A stretch of 64,000 nucleotides of DNA from positions 5,580,001 to 5,644,000 of the forward strand of contig NC_086097.1 of the NCBI RefSeq assembly GCF_963921235.1, written 5' to 3'. The position numbers and the translations under genes are program-made. Every line of letters begins with the position of its first letter. Within the stretch, counting starts at the first letter, position 1. Source of the DNA: Mobula hypostoma (lineage: Eukaryota). Under the pieces are notes generated by a model, which did no database searches, was not told the DNA's origin, and worked only from the letters and a program-made list of their open reading frames with translations. Of the stretch, positions 25,301 to 35,929 are shown piece by piece.

Positions 25301-26204
25301 ATAATGGTTTGAGTTGACAATGTATCATCTTTCCTTTAGGATACTTCCTCCTCTTTGGGATGTATATATCCTGTGCCTTCCGAATTGCTTCCAGAGATTC
25401 CAGCTATTGCTGTGTTCTTTCCAATCAGTTCTACTTTTCCAAGTGTTATTTCCCAATCACGTTTGGCCAGCCCCTCTCCAGTGCCTCTGTAATTCCCTTT
25501 ATTCCACTGCATCTACCATCCACACCTCCCACATACTAACTGCTATCGCCCCGATCTTCACCTCTCCCAGCCTTCACCTTCCACCAACTCCCCAGTCATC
25601 ATGGACTCACCTTCACGGCTGAGCAGGTGAGAAGGGTTCTGGATAACTCAGACATGGCAAAGCATTAACTGGATGAAGTGAACCCCAAGATCCTGAAGTG
25701 GTGTGCTGAGCAGCTGTGTGCCGTTCTCCAGCAAAATTTCAATCTGAGATTCGGCATGGAAAGGGTCTCAACCGTGTGGAAAGCATAATGTGTGGTCCCA
25801 GTACCCAAGCAGTACCCAAAAGTCCTGAATGACTACCGTCCAGTGAGACTGACCTCACACATCATGAAGACTTGAGAGGCAGGTCCTGGCTCACCTCCGA
25901 CCCCTGGTCAGATCAACCATTGATCCCCTGCAGTTTGCCTACCAGGAGAACATTGGAGTCGATGATGCTGTCATCTATCTGCTGAACAGAGCCTGTTCCC
26001 ATTTGGATAAGCACTGTGAGGATTGTGATTTCTCAAGTGCCTTCAATACCACACAACTCTCATTGCCGAGGAAGCAGCTCTGGCAGACCACACTTTGTGC
26101 AGCTTCAGAGCTGTGTGTCAGATATGGCTATAAGCAGCACTGGGGCCCCACAGGGGACTGTGGTGGCTCCTTTCCTGTTTTCCCTGTATACTGCAGACCT
26201 TAGA

Positions 26205-26898
26205 AAGATAGATACATAGAAATCTACAGCACATTACAGGTCCTTCGGCCCACAAAGTTGTGCTGATCATGTAACCTACTCTGGAAGCAGGCTAGAATTT
26301 TCCTGCTGCATAGACCTCTATTTTTCTAATCTCCATGTACCTATCTAAGAGGCTCTTACACGACCCTATTGTATCTGCCTCTAGCACTATCGCTGGCAGA
26401 GCATTCCACGCACCCACCACTCTGAAAAGTTTACCTCTGACGTGCCGCTGATACCTCCTTCCAAGTGCCTTAAAATTAAGCCCCCTCATGTTAGCCATTT
26501 CAGCCCTGGGAAAAAGCCTTTGGCTAACCACTTGAACAATGCCATCTTATACACCTCGATCAGGCCACCTCTCATCCTTCGTCGCTCCAAAGAGAAAAAG
26601 CCGGGTTCACTCATAAGGCACGCTCTCCAATCCAGGCAACATCCTCGTAAATCTCTTCTGCATTCTCTCTGTAGTATCCACATCCTTCCTGTAATGAGGT
26701 GATCAGAACTAAGCAGTACTCCATGTGGGTTCTAACTCAAGTATTATATAGCTGTAACATTACCTCATGGCTCTTGAACTCAATCCAACAGTTGAGGAAG
26801 CCAACACAGCATACACCTTCTTAACACCACTGTCAACCTGTGTAGCAGCTTTGTGTGTCCTATGGACACAGACCCCAAGATCTTGCTGATCCTCCACT
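26205..26898 (-). mobile_element. CR1 3' fragment nested in the Rex1-type element
   Basis: 'QDLGVCVHRT', 'FSLERRRMRG', 'VVGAWNALP' and a CR1 tail. Confidence 0.85.
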
Positions 26899-27240
26899 TT
26901 AAATATAACTGAGTCATGTCTTCTGATGATATTCTTTGATGACTCAGCAATAGTTGGGTGCATACAGGGAGGAGCGGAGGATGAATACAGGGCCCAGGTG
27001 GACAAATTTGTCAAATGGTGCAAGCTGAATTGTCTGCAGCTCAACATCAGTAAGACAGAGGAGATGATGATGGACCTTAGGAAAACTAAGCCTGCACTGT
27101 TCCCTGTTAATATTGATGGTGAGGACATGGATGTGGAGAGGACCTACCAATACTGGAGGTACACATGGATGACAGACTTGAGTGGAATACCAACACAGAG
27201 GCTGTCCACAAGGGCCAGAGTTGCATCTACTTCCTGTGGT

Positions 27241-27541
27241 CATAGAAACATAGAAAATAGATGCAGGAGTAGGCCATTCGGCCCTTTGAGCCTGCACCGC
27301 CATTCAGTATGATCATGGCTGATCATCCAACTCAGAACCTTGTACCTGCCTTCCCTTCATACCCCCTGATCCCTTTAGCCACAAGGGCCATATCTAACTC
27401 CCTCTTAAATATAGCCAATGAACTGACCTCAACTGTTTCCTGTGGCAGAGAATTCCACAGATTCACCACTGTCTGTGTGAAGAAGTTTTTTCTAATCTCA
27501 GTTCTAAAAGGCTTCCCCTTTATCCTCAAACTGTGACCCCT
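27241..27541 (-). mobile_element. Short CR1 3' fragment nested in the Rex1-type element
   Basis: 'RGHSLRIKGKPFRTEIRKNFFTQ' and a (tttctatg)n tail; close to the 40249-43399 subfamily. Confidence 0.9.
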
Positions 27542-28920
27542 CGGTCCTTTGGAACAAGCATGCCTCTCCTTCACATGTTCTACCAGTCTGTTGTCACCAT
27601 TACAACCTTCTATGTGGTGGTGGGTGGTGTGCTGGGGCAATGTCATCAACACGGGTGATGCCAACAGGCTCAATAAACTGATTAGAAAGGCTACCTCTGT
27701 TACAGGAGTCAAACTGGACACATTGGAGACTGGTAGATCAAAGGACCCTACGGAAAATCCTGGCAATTCTGGACAATGTTTCTCACCCACTGCATAACAC
27801 CTTGGCTGAAGCGAGGAGCACTTTTAGTAATAAACTAAGACAACTGTACTGCTCCAAAGAGTGCTATGTGAAGTCATTCTTGGCCATTAGATTCTATAAT
27901 GAGTCTACCTATAGCTGGGGATGTGATGACCCTCCTTTTAGACTGCTTGAGGTAACATTTTTTCTTACTTACTTCTCTTCTAATACTTGTATATCCATGC
28001 ACTTGTAATGCTACTGTGACACTAACTTCCTCTGGGATCGATATATCTATCTATCTAAACCTGACATTTGACTTTAGCGTGTTCTCAAATTTTAGTGTGA
28101 ATTCCCTAAAATTTTAATTCCTTAAAATATTAAGATCACTCTCCACTAACAGTTTTCTTTTCTTAAGGTCACTAATCAATTCATGTTCATTGCACAACTC
28201 TCAGTACAGAATAGCTGGTCCTCTGGTGGGAACAGTGAGCTGCTCTAGAAAAGCCATCTCATATGCATTCTAGAAATTCCTCCTCTTGGGATCCAGAACC
28301 AACCAGATTTTTCCAAGCTGACTGCATTTTGAAAGCCCCATGATTATCGTAGCATTGCTCTTTTGGTATGCACTTTCTATCTCCCATTGTCACGGGTAGA
28401 CTACATCTCTACTACTATTTGGAGGTCTGTATATAACTCCCATCAGGGTCTTCTTACCCTTGCAGTTCCTTTGCTCTTTCCACAATGATTCAACATCCTC
28501 TGACCCTATGTCACCTCTTTCGAATGATTTGATTTCATTTTTACCAACTGAGCAACACCACCCCCTCTGCCTACCTTCCTCTCCTTTCGAAACAATGTGT
28601 TTCCTTAAGCTTCCAGCTATAATTTTCTTTCAGCAATGACTTAGTGATATTCCCTAAAACATCATATATGCCGATCGGTAACTGTGCTACAAGTTCATCT
28701 ACCTAATTCCATATAATGAACAGATTTAAATATACCACTTTCAGTCCTGTATTCACCTTTTACATTACAACTTATCCTGTTGACTGACTACAGAAGCTTT
28801 ACAACTGGTTATCAAATCTATTCATACTATCCTTTAGCCCTTTCAGTCACATACTTACAGATACTGCTTGCAGCATTTCAAACCATCTTCCTCCAGCACA
28901 AATTGGTCAAATGCCAAGTC

Positions 28921-30146
28921 TTTCTTCTCCTTTTTTGAGTTTTGACGGCAGTTGGCATCCACACTGTTGCATTACTGCCATCTACAGGATTTATTGTCCC
29001 TCATTGTCCATTTGCTTTAAAGTCGTCTTTCCAGTCCCGTCACCCTTAAAAAACTAAACAACCATTTCCTCCCCTGATCACTCTCCCCACATTCCAATAA
29101 ACCTTTAACGCTGTTCTCTACCAGTCCTATTTTGTGTAACTGTTGTAACATTTGTTGCCTTTCCTGTGCAAATTTCTGGCATAAAATAAGGATATGCTCT
29201 ACTGTTTCAGTCTCCTGACATAGATCGCAAAAACCTGTTGGATGCTTATTTATGATGGCCAGAGAACCATTAAGGTTGCTGTGCCCAATTCTCAGTCTAC
29301 TTATAATTACTTTCTCCTTCCGCTTTACTCCCCTACTTCTTCCTATATCTACTCTGCTCTGAATTGAATGTAAATGTCTTCCTTTTATTGCTCTATCCCA
29401 AAGCTACTGCCACTGTTGATTTATCCTTCTCCACGCTATGCTCTTCCCCTCTGATTTTGATAGTTTAATATTGACCTGTATAGATCCTTTTTTGACTGCT
29501 GCTTTTGCCAGCCTCTCTGCTGTCTCATTTCCCATAATATCCGAATGTACTGGAACCCACATAAATGTGATATTTTTGCCCTTGTCTAGCCAGTCTTGAA
29601 TTTACAAACTGGATTTCATAAAGCAGATCCTGGTGACCTCTAGCTGTAGCCGGCTTAATGCTTGCAAGGGCCGACACAGAATCGTTACATATCACAATAT
29701 TATTACAATCAAACTGCTCACTCCATTCTACTGTTAACAATATGGCAAACATTTCAACTGCATATACACTCAAGCAATCAGGTGTTCTCTTGCTAATTTC
29801 CTCTTGATAACTTGGCACAACAATTGCAGACCCTGTTGCACCTGTTTCTGGATCCTTTGATCCATCAGTAAAAATCTGTATGTCTTTATACTTACATTCC
29901 CTATAACTATGATATTCACTGAGTATATCAGCCAGCTTACTACTGTGTTTAATCTTAAGCAATTTCAAATCTACAGAGGGATTTTCTAATACCCAGAAAG
30001 GTCTGACAGGCCACACCACACTTGGACAAAACTCTTTATCGTATACACCCATATCTTTTGCTGTTTGCTCTCCTGTCCAGCCAAAACTTTCGTTTTGTGT
30101 CCTCTCCTTCTCCCAGCATGTCTGCAACACCCTTTTTTGTAGGATG
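28921..30146 (-). mobile_element. Nimb/I-clade LINE copy A (5'-truncated; RNase H + 3' tail)
   Basis: ORF 29525..30130 has 'IFTDGSK', 'SVYAVE', 'ICNDSVSAL'; a Cys/His zinc-knuckle remnant follows; tail GGCAGTAATGC..GGATGCCAACTGCC. Confidence 0.85.
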
Positions 30147-30160
30147 GAATGACAAGTCCT

Positions 30161-32408
30161 GTCTGTCTGTATCTTGTTTTACGGCGGTTGGCATCCAGCT
30201 TAATGGTACATTACCGCCACCCTCTGCTCCAGAATGTGCACTAGACATACATTCTAAATCCCTTCACACACACACCTACACTTCACCCTCCCATCTTTGA
30301 CCATCCTAGTATCCTATTCCTGTTTATTCGTCATATTCTATAAAAAACCCCTGTACCCCTTAAAAACGCTAAAAATACCCGGACTTGTGCTCTCTCACCC
30401 ATGCCCAGCAACCCTTTTAATGTGAATTCCTGCATCCCCAACTCCCTTAATTTATTTCTCATCATCTCTCTCTGTATCCCATACTTCCTGCAACTCAGAA
30501 CTACATGTTCTACTGACTCCTCTTCCTGACATTCCTCACACAATCCTGTCTGGTGTTTCCCTATCATTTTCAATGTTTTGTTTAATGCACAGTGCCCCAG
30601 CCTTAACCTAGTCCACACAATTTCCTCTCTTCTGTTTCCATTACCTACCCTAGTAACTGCAATACTCTTTTGTATTTGATATAAATGCCTCCCTTTCCCC
30701 TCCCTGTCTCATCTTTCTTGCCATATTCGGTTGACTTTTTCCCAGATTACACACTTAACCTCTGCTTTACTGATACTAATGTGCATTTCCACATTTTCTT
30801 TCTTTAACGCCCTCTTTGCCAACTCATCCACCCTCTCATTCCCCTTCACCCCTACATGTGCTGGAACCCATGGAAATTTTACCTGACCTCCCTGATTTGC
30901 AATTCTTATAACTAACTGAAGGACTTCATAAAGTACATCTTGCCAACTGTTTGTGTGAAAAGACCTTAAACTTGCTAGAACTGAGGATGAATCTGAACAT
31001 ATCAATGCTTTGGATGGTCTGGCTTTCTGCACCCATTGCAACGCAACCAACACTGCCAGCATCTCCACTGTAAACACCCCTAACTTATTAGATGTTCTTC
31101 TGCTGATTCCAATTTCTTTTGCTGGTATTACCACCCCAAACCCTGTCACTCCTGTTTCAGGTTCCTTCGCACCATCTGTATAAATGTGAGTATAATCACT
31201 ATACTTTTCCATCACATGACAGTTAAATGCATTTACCAAATCTGTTTTATATCTTTCTTTCCTTTTTACCTCTAACAAATGCCAGTCTATGTCAGGCCAT
31301 ACAAGCTTCCATGGAGCTACAACCGGATAAACTACTGAAGGACTTATCCTCAGATCAAACACTCCACATTCTTTCGTGATATCATTCCCTGCCCGACTAA
31401 AGGTATCCCTCTGAAACCTCCCATTTTCCCAGCACTCCTGCAACACTCCTTTAGTAGGGTGAAAATCATTGTGCCCCTGCAAGTTAGCCCAGTAGTTTGC
31501 CATCAGTTGCATCCTTCTTAGTTCCAAAGGCATTATTCCCATTTCTACCTGTAGGACTGACACTGGTGACATTTTAAAAGCCCCACTGCACACTCTCAAG
31601 GCCTGAGCCTGAATCACATCCAGTTTCCTTATAAGAGACCTAGCTGCTGATCCATATACTACATTTCCATAATCCAATACAGATCTTACTAAAGCCACAT
31701 ACATTCTCTTCAAAGCTGAACAACTTGCTCCCCATTCCCTACCAGTCAAACATCTCATCACATTTATTACTTTTTTACATTTCTCCTCAACTTTCCTGAT
31801 ATGGTCTGCCCATGTTAATCGTGAATCAAATATAACTCCCAGAAATTTAAATGATGCAACCCTTTCTAATTCAACCCCATACATCCTTAACTTCTTCCCT
31901 ACCTCAACCCTTTTCCTGGTAAAAAATACAGTTTGAGTTTTATCTACTGAAAATCTACATCCCCAATCATAACCGCAGTCCATCACTTCATCAATTGCTT
32001 CTTGTAGTTTCCTGATTATATAGTCCATGTTCCTGCCTCTTTTCCACAAGGCCCCATCATCCGCAAACAGTGACCTACCTATATCCACTGGTACCTTTGT
32101 GAAGACATCATTGATCATAATCATGAAAAGTAATTGGCTAATCACACTACCTTGAGGTGTGCCATTTTCCACTATGTACTGTTTTGATAATTCTGATCCA
32201 ATCCGAACTTGAATTTTTCTACCAAACAAAAAATCTTTAATCCAATTAAAAACTCTCCCACCAACCCCCATCTTGTGCAGTTTAATTAATAATCCTTCCT
32301 TGCACATCATATCATAGGCTTTTTCAATGTCAAAGAACACTGCCACTACTGACTCTCTATTTGCCTGGGCCTTCCTTATTTCAGTCTCTAACATAATCAC
32401 TGAGTCCA
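30161..32408 (-). mobile_element. Nimb/I-clade LINE copy B (5'-truncated)
   Basis: 13-bp TSD aatgacaagtcct (30148-30160 / 32409-32421); tail GGCGGTAATG..GGATGCCAACCGCC + (gaca)n. Confidence 0.92.
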
Positions 32409-32409
32409 A
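30331..32409 (-). pseudogene. Nimb ORF2: RT + RNase H + CCHC knuckle; 5'-truncated, one in-frame stop at 30709-30711
   Basis: 'FFDIEKAYD', 'GTPQGSVIS', 'LFADD', RNase H 'YTDGAK..E..SDS..WVPAHVGVKGNERVD', 'TRLRLGH..CEEC..ESVEHVVLSC'. Confidence 0.92.
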
Positions 32410-32560
32410 ATGACAAGTCCTCTTACAGAAACCTCTTATATACCTTCCTGAGTGAGCAGGGCAAGGGTGGGGTTTAATGCTTGACTCTGATTGGTTGGAT
32501 CTGAATCATCTAGTCCTGATTAGTTAATTGGAATTGGCTTGTTCTGTTTGGTCAATAAGG
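32409..32560 (-). promoter_or_regulatory. Predicted Pol II core promoter module (CCAAT-like boxes, CACCC, TATA, Inr), left arm
   Basis: Minus strand: CCAAT at 32494-32490 (~-80), CCCCACCC at 32472-32465, TATATAAG at 32442-32435, Inr-like TCATTT with A at 32411 (TATA at -31). Confidence 0.6.
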
Positions 32561-32744
32561 GGCCACATATTCCGAAAGAGAGATGGGATTAGGGAAGAAT
32601 GGCAGTTTGTGGCATTATCTAATGACAGCATTAAGCATTCATGAAGAATTGCAACTACAGGGTGATGCTAATAGAGAACTGCATGCTGAACTAGATTGTC
32701 TAAAGTAGACAACTCCAGGACATATTTGATTGGAACACCACAAG

Positions 32745-32800
32745 TCTAGCAGGTGGCAGTAATGCACTGAAAAACTGGTTGCCAACTGCCTTTAAAAAAA
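32745..32800 (+). mobile_element. Isolated Nimb-type 3' tail
   Basis: ggtggcagtaatgcac..ggttgccaactgcc + poly-A; same tail as copies A and B. Confidence 0.7.
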
Positions 32801-32819
32801 ATGGAGTGGGCTGGGCCTA

Positions 32820-32958
32820 AAATATTGACCAATCGGAACAAGGTCCATTCAAACTAATCAATATGGAATAGGCAATTGAGCCAGCCAGTCAGGATCAAGC
32901 TTTAAGCCCCACCCAAGCCCCGCTCACTTGTGGAGGTGTGTCTGAGGACTTGGCATTC
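32820..32958 (+). promoter_or_regulatory. Second, inverted copy of the promoter module (TATA segment deleted), right arm
   Basis: Aligns to the reverse complement of 32409-32560: tattgaccaa..gaacaag..aactaatca..tcaagc..ccccaccc..gctcact..gaggacttggcattc. Confidence 0.65.
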
Positions 32959-34058
32959 AGGTCAGATGGCTTCAGGAAAGGATGATATGTGCTATTATAT
33001 GTTTGAACATATGGGTGACAGCTCTCTTGAGATAATATTAAAATTTTTGAATAATATTTGGAGTTTAAGCCATCTTCCTTCCTCATGCAAAATGGCACTA
33101 GAAGTGCTTATTCTAAAACCTGGGATTCCCTGTTGGATCCTTTTAGTTACAGACCAATAACATTGCTGTCCTATTTGTGTAAAGTTATGGAGTGTATGGT
33201 AATAGAGTAGTTGAATCATATTTTGGAAAAGAGAGGTGAAATAGCATTTTATTGGAGTGGATTTTGGAAGGGTAGAATGAGATTGAATTCAGTTTTATGT
33301 TTGAGAGACAATATTAGCAAGGCACAGGTACCTAAAGAAGTAATAGCAGTAGTTTATGATATTGAAAAAGCATATGACATGTTATGTAGGGAAGGTCTTT
33401 TGACTAAATTATGGAAATTAGGAGTGAGAGGAAGGCTATATAATTTTTTCAGTGTTTTTTTTTATTTGGATGGTTTTGGCAGAGAGGGGTAGGTAAGGTA
33501 TAAGGCTTCTATGAGGTAGAGATGGGACCCCATAAAGCTGCGTTTGTAGGCCTTTATTATTTAATATTGATTAACAATCTTTTCTCTGAGACAGGTACTG
33601 GGGTGGGTAAATCACTTTTTTGCAGATGATGGAGCTTTATGGAATAGAGGTAGAAATTTTAATCTAATTGTACATAGGATGCAATTAGCTATTAATAAGG
33701 CCAAACAGTAGGCAAATAGATGGGATTTTGAGCTTTCAATAGCTAAAATGCAAGTTATGCATTTTAGAACTGTACTTAATTTGAAATTATCTGTTCAAAT
33801 TCTTGAAGAAGTGTCAATGGTAAGATTTCCCAGCATGTGGCTGGATAATAAGCTGACATGGAAGTAGCATATCAGTAAAATAATTGATAAATGTAAAATA
33901 GTATTAAATATCCTTGGGGAGCTACACAAAAATCTTTGTTGAGCATTTATATTTGTTTATTAGATCTGTTCTTTATTATGGCAGTGTGGCTTATGGATCA
34001 ACTTCATCTCTAAATTTAAAATGTTTGGATGTGATATAAGCACAGGCATTAAGATTGC
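32959..34058 (+). mobile_element. Nimb/I-clade LINE copy C (decayed RT), joined to the right promoter arm
   Basis: 'GKDDMCYYMFEH', 'YDIEKAYDML..GLL.KL.KLGV.GR', 'gcagatgatggagctttatgg' (ADDGALW). Confidence 0.85.
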
Positions 34059-34790
34059 ACCAGTTTCTCAGCCACACATTCATCTGTCAAATCATTCTAT
34101 ACTTATCCTAAATGGCCTGTGGCACAGGCAAGAATCCAGAGATTAATACCCTGGGCATCCTGTTTTTCTGCTTTCCACCTAGCTTCCTAAATTCTCTCTT
34201 CAGGACCTCCTCACCTTGTCTACCTATCTTATTGGTGTCTACCGAGACTTCTGGCTGCTCGCACTTGCCCTTGAGAGTGTCAGGGACCCGATATAAGATA
34301 TCCCTGACCTTAGCACCAGGGAGGCAACATACAGTCCAGGCATCTCTATCGTGCCCACAGAAACTCATCTTCATTCCTCTGACTATTAGTCTCCTATCAG
34401 CACTGCAGTTCTCCTCAGCGCTCTGCTTTTCTGAGCCACAGCACCAGACTTAGTGGCAAAACCTGGACACCTGGCTTCCTCCAGGTAGGTTGTTCCCCTC
34501 AGCAGTATCTAAAGTTATATACTTATTATTGAAGGGAACAGCCTCAGGTGTACTCTGCCCTGGCTGTGCATTTCCTCTCTTACTCCTGACAGTCACCCAG
34601 TTACCTGTCTCCTTCAACCTAGGGGTGACTACCTCCCTGTGGCTCCTGTCTATCACCTCCTCATTCTCCCGTATGGGTTGAAGATACTTAATACATTCTC
34701 TCAGGAGCTGCAGCTGAATGCACCTGGGGTAGATTTGTTTATCCTACATCCTACACGCAGTATAATACACTGCAGCTAAAGCCATTCTCA
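34059..34790 (-). mobile_element. CR1 ORF1 fragment
   Basis: 'IDRSHREVVTPRL', 'VCCLPGAKVRD', 'VLISGFLPVP'. Confidence 0.85.
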
Positions 34791-34899
34791 CTACACTACT
34801 ATGCCCTGACAAATGAGGAATGAACAAGTGAGAACAAAAAGAGAGCAGGTGATAATCCAGAAAACATCTGGAAAGTTAGACCTATGCAAATGTCTGGAG

Positions 34900-35370
34900 C
34901 GAAGAGGCCACTGCGCAGATCATAGAAAGCTGCATGAAGCTGCAGGCTCAAACAGCTCCACCATGGGGAGCACGGGGAGCTCCATCCCTCCCCAGGCATC
35001 GAGGGCATCATCAAAAGGCGATAGCTCAAAATGGCCGAATCTGTAATCACGGACCCCCTTCACTCAGAACATGTCCTCTTCTCATTGCTACCATCAAGGA
35101 TGAGGTACAAGAGCCTAAAGAAACAGTATTTCAATATTTCAGAAACAGCTTTTTCCCCTCTGCTATCAGATCTCTAAATAGACAATGAACCCATGACCAC
35201 TACGTCACTGTGTTTTGCTCTCTTTTTGCACTGCTTACTTAATTAAAACCATATATTTTTATTGTAACTTATAGTTTTTTTCTTATTATTATGTATTGCA
35301 ATGTATTGCTACCACAAAACAAATTTCAGGACATATGCTAGAGAAGTTAAACCTGATTCGGATTCTGTTA
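34900..35370 (+). mobile_element. Rex1/Babar-type 3' fragment
   Basis: 'FRNSFFPSAIRSLN' followed by a typical tail. Confidence 0.7.
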
Positions 35371-35929
35371 CAAATAATTAACAAAATAGATATAATATCT
35401 AAATTGTCTCCATGTCATAACAGAATGAATACCAGCTACCATGGCCATATCAATAATGCATTTCCTCCTCTGCTTACTGCCATAACTTATTAGCATGTCA
35501 TATCTGACATTATTCACAATTTTCCATTGACAATAATTTAATTGTTAGTGCATTTTGCAAGACAGTAATCTATTTACTGTCAAAATGACACTAATTATAT
35601 TCTTTCACTCTTGTTCTTGTATCTTAAAAATAATTATGCTATGACTCATTTCTTTTGTTTTAGTTCTAGCTTTGTTTCTTAGCTGAAGTAACAATCAAGA
35701 TAACCTGCTTTTGTGCTTGGAGAAATTATTGATTGATTAATTTTTTGAAAAGCTACACTTTTGCCAATCTGAGTGAAGGACAGATAAGACACTAAGACAA
35801 AGGAGCAGAATTAGGCTATTTGGCACATCGTTATTCCATCATGGTTTATTTATTCTCAAACCCATTCTCCCGCTTTTCCCTGTAACCTTTGACACTCTGA
35901 CTAAGCAAGAACCTATCAACCTCCATCCT

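Larger units (their letters stand above)
25511..28057 (+). mobile_element. Rex1/Babar-type LINE (RT to 3' tail), carrying two nested CR1 fragments
   Basis: 'NDYRPV', 'GAPQGTVVAPFLFSLYTAD', 'FFDDSAIVGCI', 'VVCWG'; (tatc)n tail at ~28045-28057. Confidence 0.85.
22921..28790 (-). mobile_element. Decayed CR1 ORF2, interrupted by a Rex1-type element (25511-28057) and a 45-bp tail insert
   Basis: 3' tail at 22921; RT 'NYRPVSLTS..SQHGF'. The APE part resumes at ~28058 in register with the break at ~25510. Confidence 0.85.

Noticed and set aside
24710..25500. Apparent ~380-bp tandem duplication within the CR1
   Set aside because: The copies are strongly diverged; adjacent fragments of related CR1 copies or an old duplication explain it.
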